A stretch of 64,000 nucleotides of DNA from contig RHPI01002491.1 in assembly GCA_009103225.1 (NCBI GenBank), forward strand, positions 1 through 64,000, written 5' to 3'. A program made the position numbers and the translations under genes. The stretch is from Chlorokybus atmophyticus (Eukaryota > Plantae > Mesostigma and Chlorokybus algae). Below the pieces are notes generated by a model. It made no database searches and was not told the DNA's origin. It saw nothing but the letters and a program-made list of their open reading frames with translations. Of this stretch, positions 1 to 11,349 are shown in pieces (the stretch's first letter is position 1; each line of letters opens with the position of its first letter).

Positions 1-86
1 GGGCATCAATTTAGGGTTGCCAGCTTACGAACCCTAAATGGGTCAAACTTCAAGTGAAGCACGACTGTACCTTATACGCTATTGCC

Positions 87-140
87 GTACCATGCATGGT
101 ACTGCATCAACATGAATGGTACTCTATCTGTTAATGGTAC
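87..140. repeat. Cluster of GTACCAT/ATGGTAC motifs including the 16-bp palindrome GTACCATGCATGGTAC (87-102)
   Basis: Motif copies read at 87, 96, 116 and 134. Confidence 0.7.
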
Positions 141-430
141 TACAGTACAAGGATACTCGCATACTACCACGATCGTAGAGTATTACTGTGCTGTCATGCC
201 ATGGAACCCAGAGCGCTGTCCGAGTTTGTTGCTGTCAACCACGCTCTAAACCAGCGAGGTATGCAAGCCATGCACCGACTCATGCGCCGGGCAGTCATCA
301 TACACATGTACAGCCAATGCTTCTAACAACAGATGATCTCTGGTGCACCATGCACCATGCTGCAACTATACATGTACCTACATGGTTCACAGGAAGCCAA
401 CACAAAACTACAATACATGCACAATTGGCA

Positions 431-3400
431 TCAAGGCGGGGGCCAAATCACCGCCGACACGTTGGCGTCTTGCATCAGGCGTGGCGACCAAAACGGGTGA
501 GGTTGCTTGCAGAATGGACACGCTTGTAGATTCTTTGATTTACATGCCACAGTCTTCTGATGTGCTATGATGCAGACATGGCACATCGCTTTCTTGCAAC
601 AGGGCGTCTCCCCATCCGCTGGGGGGGGTGGCTCTTCAATGCGGCAAATCAGCACACATGGTGCACGCGGGTGTGCAAGCTGCCTCTGCCACCAAACTCT
701 GTTATCGCGTCGCAGGCGTAGCGACTCTCATCTGAATGGCGCAGCATAACGCTCCACTGCCTGCTCGATCACCTGACGCCCATCTGCCGCCATACACCAC
801 CTGCTGGTCTTGGTGGTCTCGTCCAGCATGCGTTCATCCAGGCCCTCGACATGGCTGTCGTCACTCGTGTACTCCCCCGCATCGTCATTTTCTTCGAGCT
901 TCCACAGAATCAGCTCGACGTGCCGTATGACATACAGCCACTGCCAGCCAAAGCATGCCAAGTACAGCTCGAATGGTTTTACTTGCCACCCAGTATGTTT
1001 GCTCAGGTAGTGGCACACATCTCGACCCGCATTAGTCGACATCGACAGGTACATCTGCTGCAGCAGGTCGAAGTTCTGCTCCGCAGATAGCTCTTGCACA
1101 TTGCCGGGGTGCTGCGGCAGCAACAACACCATCATATCGAGGACGGCGAGGGGCAACAACGTACTACGGATGGCCATATCGTGTATGGGTTCCAACCACG
1201 GCCAATCCCCAGAGGTCTGTTTAGACCGCATTCTCCGCGTTTGCTCCCACTTATTGCAAACTTTCGTCACCCACCTCGAGGCATGCCGCATGCGGTGATG
1301 CAGCGCGTCTTGGGCGTACTGTAGGGTGATCAACTCCTTTGCACTACGAGTCAGCCCCCCAAAGCGTCTGCGCGTCGGTGCTTTGAGCTTAGGCAGCTCG
1401 TGCCGCACCGGCTGTCTCTCTGGACGATGCTGAGCAGCCACTTGACGCTGTAAACCCGCCTGTGCCTACTCAGGACACACAGTCAGCCCCAGTGAGGCTT
1501 CAAGGCGCTGTGCTTCTTCTAATGTTGTAACGATGCCTCACCTTTCCTTTTTTGGTCCTGTCAGCGTCCTTTGTTCCAACAACCTTCTTCTTTTTTTTTT
1601 TGTCACCCTGCACATCTTGGCAGGCGCTCTCCGTGGCACTGTCACTCAGAGGAGGGAAGGCGTTATCTTCTTGCTCCACAGCCTTGCGCTTGTTGGTTGC
1701 CTTCCGTTCCTCCACGACCTCATGTTGCTTCATGAGGTCGAGCATGAAGCCTTTGTCTTTCAGCGCAGCTTTCAGGACACCTCAATCAATCTCTTTACCA
1801 ACAAGACAGGCTGGGATCAATGTGGCAAGCTTAGAGGGAGAGGGCGAGCTACAGCTGCTTCTTGATGGAGATGCCTCCGGATGGTCAGAGTGCGGTGGCA
1901 AGTGAGTCTCCGCGGCAGGAAGGGAGGGTGCTGAATTGGGATTGCGAGCATGTGGCTGTGGTTGAGGGGAGGCAGGATGTGCAGAACACTCGGCTACTTC
2001 TTGCCTAGCACACGAAGGCGAGGCCTGAGGCGTTGGCGCAGCACTCTGGGTCACAGCCGGTGGTAGCGGGGAATTGGCAACGCCATTCCGCCACTCTCCG
2101 ATCAGGTGTGTTACCTCCGGTGGCACTTCATGCATAGGCCACGACCACTGTTCGGTGCTTGCAGGCTTGAGGAGCCAAAAGTGTGCTTCTGGCTCATCAG
2201 GAGCAGTGTTGCCCACCACCAGGACTGAGTTGGGGGCTTCTTTATTTCCAACCCAAACTGCGCTGCCGGGCCGTGGCACCCACTCCCCATGCTCGCGCTG
2301 AACGGTCACGCAGCCAATCAACAAGCCCAGCTTGTTGGCAAACATGGTCATCTGCAGGTGCTCGACGTACACATCTTTTCTCCGCACGATCTGTCGCACC
2401 TTGGCCATGGCTAGGTCAATGTTGCAGTTGATATCAGCCAACATGGTCGCAGGCAGTTTGTCGTAATACTGCGCCATCTCTCCCGCGGCACCAGTGGCTC
2501 TGCAGAAGTCTAGGATTCTGCTCGCCACGCCTGCATCGACAGCCTTGGCGGTGATTTTGCGGAGAGTGTGCCCCCTGCCGTCGTCGTCCATGGTGTCCAG
2601 CATGGCCCAAAATCTGCTCGAGCTGGGGCACTTGTGATCATCCAGGACACTTTGCGCTATGGATGGCCTGGCGCGAAATACACAATGGTAGAAGCAGTTA
2701 CCATCCGTTGGCGCATTGAAGTGGTCCCATGAGGCGAGCTGGCCACCTAGCATGACTGATGGCCGTATGCGGGTTGCGGCCAGCTCCTCTGATGACTCGC
2801 TGGCAGGTGGTGACCCCTGCTGCATGCGCATACAGCACTCACATGGTGTGTCCAACTGTGGACGGCAAGAGTCACAGTGACTGATAAAGTACCTGAGTTT
2901 GGGGCAGACTGCCGGCTTCAACTTGCAGCGGGTGGGGTAAGGTAGGTGCAGAAGCCACATCGGTTGTTGCATTGTGCTGTGGTCTCGCCGGTGGCGGCAA
3001 GAAGGATTGTTGCCCCGCAATCACCGGTGCTGCTCGTGGAGGAGATGGCAGTGCACGAAGGACTGGTGCCGCGGAAGGTGGTTGCGCTCTGGCTGGGAGG
3101 GGAGCAGGAGCTGCAGATGAGACCACTTGTGCATGCAGCAAGGGGGGCTGTATACAGGTCTAAGGATAAGATGGCTCACAATGTTGCAAAGGACGAATAT
3201 AAGCTTATGCAGTGCCTGACGCATTGTTACCAAGGCACGAGCATAAAAGACAGCGACTTACCTCAATGGCCCGTGGGCTGCATGGAGCAGGGGAAGCCAT
3301 GGGGGCTGACAAGGTGGTATTGGCTGCACTCTCCCCGCCACCCTCAATGGCAGACTCGTCACGGAGCTCTTGAGCCATGGGCACATCATGCGCCACTGCC

Positions 3401-4480
3401 CCAATGGACATGTCGGGATTCAACAGGCCAACATGCATGTTAAACTGATGCCGCATTGCCGCCGCGCCCATCAGCAAGTGGGATTGAAGGACCAGTTGAT
3501 GGGATTGAATCCAGGCTTGCATAGGAGCTCCAACAGGACTTAGTGCACTGTGGTGCTGTCAACCAATCACATGTGGGTTAGCTGCATGCTTGCGACACTG
3601 CAATTGCAATAGTCAACTGCGTCACACCGTCATCAGTTGGTTGCTTCGAACGGTCACCTGCGGCATTGCTGGATGATGCACGAATGATTGCATGGACTGC
3701 GTCATTGCTGGTTGATGCATTATTGGTTGAATGCCGGACGAATGGCCACGCGCTCCTGTGCTCAAACCCAGCCTACTTCGTTCGGCACGCGCGCGCGACT
3801 TCGCACGCTCACGCACATCCTAGCATGCAAAGGTAGGCATGCATTGGAGCCGACATTGCAGTCAACATGCACAGCGAGATTGGCAACAACATACCGCCGC
3901 CCAGCTCTGTCTATCTGCTCTTGCTTCCGCAATGTCGGCTTGACTGTAGGGTGGGTATGGGTGAATAGTGGAGGCCTGCAGCCACGCTACATATATCACA
4001 TGGACTGCGCTAAAAAACAAATTGCTCTTGCAAGGAAATGCATGTGACTGTTGAGCGTACCTCTGCGTTGCTTTGTGCTTGTTCCCACAGCCGCAACTGG
4101 TCCCGCATGGTTCTGACAAGGGGTTCCAAGGACTGCAGCTCCTGATCCACTCCCTGCTGCAGAAAGCGAGCCACCAAGCAGCTCTCTGTGTGAAGATGGT
4201 CTTTAATGGCTTGCCTGCTGGTTTGTCCAATGTTGGTGATGCATGTTGGACAGCCCCATTGCTGACGCCTGCCATGATCCATGACGTGGCGACCGGTNGG
4301 ACCGGTAGCTGGCTTCGCTGCTTGAACTCTTACGACCACAACTTCTCGCAAGATGTGCCACGCCGCCGCCGCCGCCGCCTCCTTCGACTCCTGGTCCTCC
4401 GCCTCCTAGTCGAACCCAGGCCCATCAAGCCTGACATTCGACCCGTCATCAACCTGGTGCCCCTGCGTGCCATCATCCGG
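431..4480 (-). pseudogene. Multi-exon, probably TE-borne gene: N-terminal Cys/His Zn-finger-like motif, Pro-rich linker, OTU-like cysteine protease, Lys-rich segment, unknown helical domain, C-terminal RING-like finger; contains in-frame stops
   Basis: OTU motifs APTDGNCFYHC (Cys codon 2694-2696) and EAHFWLL (His codon 2181-2183). ORFs 1782..3020 and 1500..1745 share a frame across one TGA; ORFs 728..1441 and 431..655 share a frame across one TGA. RING-like C..TPCCKKAMCHVC..CPFCKQ. CPTC..H-L-H..C motif near 4200-4250. GT-AG introns link the pieces. Confidence 0.65.
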
Positions 4481-4543
4481 CCATCAATGAAGCGTGTTTG
4501 GGTGAGTGCATGCTAACTCCCATTTGGGCTGATCGAGCAATGC

Positions 4544-4696
4544 CTCTGTCGTACCATGGATGGTACGACAGAGCCATTGTACGGCAATCGCTGGGGTTGG
4601 ACGAGAGATGCCTCTGTCGTACCATAAATGTTACAACACAACCATTGGTAACAATGGTACGAAGCATGCATGGCACGAATGCATAAGTCGTACCAT
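4544..4696. repeat. Second GTACCAT/ATGGTAC cluster with a 14-bp perfect inverted repeat, CTCTGTCGTACCAT-gg-ATGGTACGACAGAG (4544-4573)
   Basis: Motif copies at 4551, 4560, 4619, 4654 and 4690; the longer unit TGCCTCTGTCGTACCAT occurs twice. Confidence 0.8.
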
Positions 4697-4876
4697 CAAC
4701 CTAAAGCAAGGACGCACTACAAGTGCGACTCTAGTGCGGGACTCTAGACGTTCAAAACCGCCTCATTTTCGTTTTCGCGCCTCATACATTCGGGCGGGCC
4801 AACCGGCGGCGGCAGCGTTGGAGGCGGCAGCGCCACTTACAGCTAAACAGGCGGCACCCGACTATCAGTTGGAGAG

Positions 4877-6200
4877 ATGCCTCGTGGTCCATCCGTAATT
4901 GCACCTCGTTGTGGAGGTCGGCGCCAGTTGACCACATTGCCCCCAGTGTTCAACCAGGCAACCGTCGCCAACCAATCGCAGCAAGACCCCGCGCTAACGC
5001 CCAGCACATCACAACAACTCCACCTGACACCGCAGTCGCAAGGGCAAGCTAGACTGTATGCGTTCTTGATGCACTGTGCACGTTGCTTCTTGCTCAACTT
5101 CTAACTTGGATGCTTGCTTCTATCATGACTAGCACAGTGACTCACTGCATGCGTTCTGGATACACTGTGCACGTTGTTCTTCTTTTGCAACTGTGAGGGT
5201 TGCATCTTTCATGGCTGGCAGCATGACTCATGTGGTTGTGCTTGCAGAGGGTCGATTGGAACCCCCAACCCAAACGCATTTGGCCTTGACGTGGCAACCT
5301 CGGCCGTCAGCAACCCTTCCCCAAGCAAGTGGAAGATTGGCAACGAGGTAAGCACTGTGTGACAACGTGACACAGTGTGTATGTGTGTAACGGATTGTTC
5401 TTCTGTGGACAGCATTTGCGAGATGCCGTCGTTGAAATCATAAACGGCCACTGGGTAGAGAGCCACGTTTATCCCAAGGAGGACACTATTTGTAACGTCA
5501 TGTGTCAGGTGCTGTGAATGCTTCATGACCGCACTGCACCGTGACACTGACCAACCTGCCCGTGACAGGTAGTTGGCTTCGACCATGACGACGAGGCCGA
5601 TGCGGCCAAGTTCTATGAGGTGTACTGGACTCCCAAGGAGTGCCCCTTCCACTGGAGTGTCGCCCTGAAGAAAGCTACGCAGGTCCGGTCTGAGAACGTC
5701 ACCAAGATCAAGCATGTCCTTGAGAAGGAGTACAAGTGGACACTGTTTAACAGCAACAAGCGCAAGTGAGTTGGGTCCCTCACCACCATGTCTGCTATGC
5801 AACACTGCCTTCTTACTCAGCCTCCATACACACGTACTCATCTCGCCTATTGTAACCGATTCAATCAGGCACATCGACGCCCTAATGGACCCCGAGACCC
5901 AAAAAGCCCAGATGCGCAACGCGCTCCAAAGTAAGTCACAGGCACTATTCTAGCCTGGTGCAGGCTCAACTTGAACTATCTATTTCGTGACTAATGCCTT
6001 GTCGGTATGACTGTCGCAGACAAGTCATGGCGGAGATTTGAGGTGACCGACACTGCAGACCCGGAGCGGAGGAGATACATCCATGAATGGGGCAATCCCA
6101 TAATCTGGCAAATGATCGTGCAATGCTGGTCTTACGCCGTCACTACACCTGGTCGCCGGCAGCTGACAGTCAACCACCTCGCATACCTGTTGCTTACGGT
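4877..6200 (+). CDS. Spliced gene of unknown function, divergent from the OTU/RING gene; runs into the assembly gap
   Basis: Open exons bounded by GT-AG: GSIGTPNPNAFG..KIGNE / HLRDAVVEIINGHWVESHVYP / VVGFDHDDEADAAKFYEVYWTPKECPFHW.. / HIDALMDPETQK / KSWRRFEVTDTADPERRRYIHEWGNP. No family recognised. Confidence 0.55.
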
Positions 6201-6225
6201 GAGCACTCTGAACTCCATCATTAGC

Positions 6226-6893
6226 NNNNNNNNNNNNNNNNNNNNNNNNNNNNNNNNNNNNNNNNNNNNNNNNNNNNNNNNNNNNNNNNNNNNNNNNNNN
6301 NNNNNNNNNNNNNNNNNNNNNNNNNNNNNNNNNNNNNNNNNNNNNNNNNNNNNNNNNNNNNNNNNNNNNNNNNNNNNNNNNNNNNNNNNNNNNNNNNNNN
6401 NNNNNNNNNNNNNNNNNNNNNNNNNNNNNNNNNNNNNNNNNNNNNNNNNNNNNNNNNNNNNNNNNNNNNNNNNNNNNNNNNNNNNNNNNNNNNNNNNNNN
6501 NNNNNNNNNNNNNNNNNNNNNNNNNNNNNNNNNNNNNNNNNNNNNNNNNNNNNNNNNNNNNNNNNNNNNNNNNNNNNNNNNNNNNNNNNNNNNNNNNNNN
6601 NNNNNNNNNNNNNNNNNNNNNNNNNNNNNNNNNNNNNNNNNNNNNNNNNNNNNNNNNNNNNNNNNNNNNNNNNNNNNNNNNNNNNNNNNNNNNNNNNNNN
6701 NNNNNNNNNNNNNNNNNNNNNNNNNNNNNNNNNNNNNNNNNNNNNNNNNNNNNNNNNNNNNNNNNNNNNNNNNNNNNNNNNNNNNNNNNNNNNNNNNNNN
6801 NNNNNNNNNNNNNNNNNNNNNNNNNNNNNNNNNNNNNNNNNNNNNNNNNNNNNNNNNNNNNNNNNNNNNNNNNNNNNNNNNNNNNNNNNNNNN
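6226..6893. other. Assembly gap (run of N)
   Basis: Seen directly; ORF-track entries spanning it are artefacts. Confidence 1.
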
Positions 6894-7001
6894 CCTTCCC
6901 TCCCTATGCACGTGAACACGCATACACACTGACGCGCTAAGACATACTTGTTTTGGTTGCTTGCGGGCGGCGTGTTCTCATCCACCTCCGCGTCACTTAG
7001 G

Positions 7002-7225
7002 TAAGACTGATGTGTAATTTACAGGTGCCCGTTGATTAGTTGTAGTCACCTAATAAGGCCTGATGTGTAACTAACAGTTGCCTGTAAATTACACAAAGTC
7101 ATTTGTTAAGGCCTGGTGTGTGACTAACAGGTGCCTGTTAATTATTTCAAGTCACCTGTTAAGGCCTGATAGGTAACTAACAGGCGCCTGTTAATTAGAC
7201 ATAGTCAGCTGTTAAAGACTAACTG
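7002..7225. repeat. Tandem repeat of about 53 bp, slightly over 4 diverged units (approx. TAAGGCCTGATGTGTAACTAACAGGTGCCTGTTAATTA...AGTCACCTGT)
   Basis: Unit starts at 7002, 7054, 7107, 7160 and 7213. Confidence 0.9.
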
Positions 7226-8399
7226 TAACAAAAAGGGCCTTACAGTAACGAAAGTTACTATTAGGTCCCTGTATCAAGATTACAGGTGGCCTGAGCCACG
7301 ACAGTCTAAATTAGCGTCCTCAGGTGCACGGCCGTTGCCAATATTTAGTCGGCCGGCAGGGAAAACATATTGCGACGTACGCGTAGTATATAAATTGTAA
7401 AATCAAGCATACTTATTGCATGCATAGTTGTGTTGCATTATACGGCTACAAAGTTTATTGCTTACGCGTATGTACACGTATTAAATTAAAATGTATTGCA
7501 TAGTTAACATGTTTGTGCGAAAAAAAACAAAAACAATGCCCCCGCCCCCCCTACCACGGAAATCAGTGGGGGGTGTTGTACTAGGGGTACATTTTGCCTA
7601 AAAAAAGGGGGTTACTAAACAAAGCCCCCCTAAAATTAATCGGGGGTTTTGTAATAGGAGAAGGGTTCCATTCGCACAACTATGGTATTGCATGGGCGTA
7701 GTGTGAGGTCTTCTGATGACCCACCGTCAAGAAAATGCCTTTGTCCCGAGTTTTATGCCATTTTTCACCATGCGTCATAAAGTTGTGTTGCTAGTGGCGC
7801 GCGGTACGCAGTAGCCCTAAACTCGGGGCAGGGGCATTTTTCTAACGGTGGGGAAGTGCAAAACGTGAACTACCATTTTTTAACGACATTGTGTGCACGT
7901 ATTATTGCGGTATGCAAGGACGGCCTATAATGCATACCCGTATACATGGACTTGCAGTGCAATCCCAGCATGTCGTATATGCATTATGCATGCCGTGTGC
8001 CTTATTAGCTGCGTTAAAACGTGTGACTGTGCATGTGCATTGGGTGCTTGAGCATCACGCAGCGCAAAATAGGCACATACGGCACACCATTACATGCATT
8101 GCATCTTACGACAATAAGCAATTTTTGAACAACTGTGGATCTACAATTGTTCGAAAGTAGTAGCGATAAGAAACTCTAGAGTTTCATATCGCTACTTATT
8201 CAACCTACACAAACACATACAGCTGCATGCATGTAGTCCAGGCTCCCTGTGGCTTATTCACCTGCTCCTTGTACAAACAATGCGCAACAGAATGTGTGCT
8301 TGTGCTAGCTTGCGTGCATGTCACTTGCTGTGTGCATATGGCTTGCTCTACTGCATCCGCAACAACTGCTCAGCCTGTACATCCCTTCTGCACCCATCA

Positions 8400-9370
8400 T
8401 TTCACATAAGCAACTATTCGCCAAAATGATGTGTTTGTGAAGCGCACCGACACGCTGATACGCGTGTGCATGGCGTGCCTATGTCTGCACATGCGTGCGT
8501 GCGTGCGTGCGTATGCAAGTGGTCGACTTGAGACTGGTGGGAGTGATGTCTGTGTGAATATGTGCACACACGCTTGCATTTGCACATGTGTATGTGTGTG
8601 CACACGTGCGTGCGTGCGTGCGACTGCGCGCACGCGAGTGTATGTGGCTGTCTGAATATGCATGGGCATGCATATGTGTGCGTGTGCATAAGCGCTCAGG
8701 AGCGCCCGAGGGCAGCGGCATCACAATTACACATGCAACGCAAACGCGCATACACGCACACAATAAGTCACCTGCTAGCTGGCCCCGCCGTCCTTGCCGC
8801 CGCCCTGAGATGGCTCGGCCCACCCAGCCTGGATTGGTGGGAAGGGCTGGAGCTGGCCAGGCCCCGTCACAAAACTTTACTACACAGTCACCATCAGAAG
8901 CGGAGGGTGTACCGAGATGACAAAGCTGTCAAGTGCTTGTACAGAACACAGTGGGCGCCGCAGCCAGCCACACCACCACGCACAACTCACACACTTGCTG
9001 GCAACCACTGCCGCAGCCCATACCGGACTTAAGTGGTACAATAGTCAAAGTGAGGCAGCGAGCAAAGCAATACAACCTAAATACACACCAACAAGCCAAA
9101 CAGCACGCACGCACGCGCGCACGCGCGCGCATGCACACAGCCAGGCAGGTGAGAGGGACACGCCCGCCCGCCCCTCCCCCCCCAAAAGCGCAAATGAACC
9201 CCACGTACATATGTACATCCAAATGCCCAGGTTGCTGCCTCACTGATTGTGCCTATGCATAGTGCCTCTGCACGCACACGCATGCGCACGCACATACATT
9301 AACTGTATACGCATGCACTCAGCATGTCACACGCGCAGTGCGCGGATGTGTATGCGCGCGCACACAAACA
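8400..9370. repeat. Low-complexity purine-pyrimidine simple repeats ((GCGT)n, (CA)n, GCAC-rich), probably intronic
   Basis: Seen directly; they produce many spurious C/V/H/T/R-rich ORFs. Confidence 0.8.
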
Positions 9371-10495
9371 TAAGCATACCCGTTGCTGGATGTCACCACT
9401 GAGGCGACCACAATATCGATTGATGGTTTCGGGGTCGCGCAAGGCACGCTCAACCTCAGCTGTGACAATCTCACAGGTCTCATAGACAGCCTTGCCATTT
9501 AGTACTAGGTATGCTGAAGGTTGTAAAGTGGCACCGCGGCAACCTTAAAGTTGCCTGCTGCATGTTGGTCACTTAGACAACAAGCTTGCTCAGATAGAAG
9601 ATAACGTTCAGATAGAAGATAACAATTGATATATGCTCTGGTGCCAATCATGCAATCTTCACACACGCCAGCACTGGGGTGCACTCGTATTATATAATTT
9701 TGTACGAACAAAAGCCTCCTTTAAGGCAAGTTGCTCAAAGGGAATTCTCCCGTGACTCCACATTCAGAAGCATTGCTGTCCGTTTTGCAATGATCACTGT
9801 GCTAAGGTAGCCATGAGTGCTAACACGCATATGTCTTGAGAATCCAAGCTTTATGGCAACAATGCCTCGACCTCTCAACAGCCACAGTTGTAGCTGCATA
9901 GCTGTGACTGACATCAAGCCGTTTCAATCGCGACATGATTAAGGCCTTGCAGTATGGAACCATTCCACGGCAACCAAGCAGACAAGCGCAATCAGTAGTT
10001 AGTTACCTGCAATATGTCCCAGGCAAAGACACGCACTTCGGCGGGCACGGTCGTCTGCAGCAGCAGAGGGCCATCAGCCCGCTACCCTAGGCAAGCACGC
10101 AACCGAGCGCCTCCCCATCCTCGGAGAAGCACGACAAGGCAAGGGCGGACTACGGGCAAGCTCCCCACTGCCACCGCCGCGCCTACGTGGCACTGTTGTT
10201 GTACAAAGCTTGCCCCGCCGCGAAAATAGCACAAGCTTGCGCGCTGCAAACTCCTGACCAGAACCCACACCGGGGCATTCTGCAGAGCATACATGCTGCG
10301 GCAACAGTGCTCGCACCAATGGGTGCCTATCACCTTGGCGCTAGGGCTGCAAGGGCAAGTGAAAGTGGACTTGTGAGGTCGGTGCTGCGCTACATGGGAG
10401 GTTTCTAGCGTCAGCTGCCAACCACTACGACAGGCCATGCTGCACTGGATGGGAGGCTCTCACAAAAAGGCCAAGGAGGTGCGGAGGCTTAGCGG
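8770..10495 (-). pseudogene. Degenerate spliced gene containing a SWIM-type Zn finger (CxC-x11-CxH)
   Basis: GWQLTLE...FTCPCSPSAKVIGTHWCEHCCRSMYAL (core 10307-10357). The frame continues past a TAG into RADGPLLLQTTVPAEVRVFAWDILQ. Minus-strand donors near 10007, 9377 and 8770. Exon AYLVLNGKAVYETCEIVTAEVERALRDPETINRYCG. Confidence 0.45.
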
Positions 10496-11349
10496 TCTGT
10501 AGTGCAATCCCATGCGACAGACTCATGCACATTGTCAAGTGCTTATGCTTGCGTGTGTACGCAAAGTATTGTCGGTGCACGTATTATAACGGTATGTTTT
10601 GAATGCTGCGAGTGCTCGCAGGGTGGACTAGGGAGGGGGGAGATTGCATGCAATGTGGATGGCATGCATACAAATGCATGGTATGCAAGCGCACCTGCAA
10701 CGCACACCATGCCAACACATGCAAGCCAGCCCGCAGGCAGCTTCCCAACGAGGGCTCAAGGCAGGGGCAAACGGGCGTGATGCGTGTTTTGCATACCTCC
10801 ATGCCTGCGTGCGTGTGCGCATGAGGACGCTGAGTGTGAGGCAAGCAGAGTGCCGCGATACCCGGCCCGTGCACATTTATTAGCAGTGGAGGGTGATGAG
10901 TGTGCGTGTGTGGTGTTTGTTTGTGTGGTAGCGCAAAGCAAACACAGGGCACAACAGTCATTGGCCTGTCTTCCCATGCCTTCTAGTTCAATCTCTGCTG
11001 TTACAATTGAATTGTTAACAGTGTGATGAAATTGCAGAAGCAGACAGTGCAAGACAAGCAGCGTAGGTTCTTTGCACAGAATTGCCACTCTGGAGGAATA
11101 AGTGGGAACCAAGTGACAGTTTGCAGAGCATCTGTGCGAAAGCTTGGCAAATTGGCAACATCATTGAATTTTGCTACAATTCAAGACTCATTGCGCAAGT
11201 TGTTAGGCAGGCGCATATTGGCGTCAACGTTAGTGAAATGAGTCTTCTCATCTGAGCACTATGAGGGCAGAGATCAGCAAAGTACCGTCTTTGTTATGAT
11301 AGTATTATCATGATTGGCAATGCACTCGAGTAGTCATATATAGCGCGAG

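Noticed and set aside
431-3020. Selenocysteine or alternative-code reading of the in-frame TGAs
   Set aside because: Neighbouring host genes use standard stops (MTR4 ends in TGA), and CGA>TGA deamination in a TE explains them.
6007-6985. Long ORFs 6007..6915, 6132..6929 and 6221..6985
   Set aside because: They are open only because they run through Ns.
7002-7225. CRISPR array
   Set aside because: The units are contiguous diverged tandem repeats without unique spacers; the context is eukaryotic and there are no cas genes.
4715-7796. CACTA element from CACTACAAG (4715) to TAGTG (7703 or 7796)
   Set aside because: The match is limited to 5-6 nt, there is no exact 3-bp TSD, and no TnpD-like transposase motif is visible.
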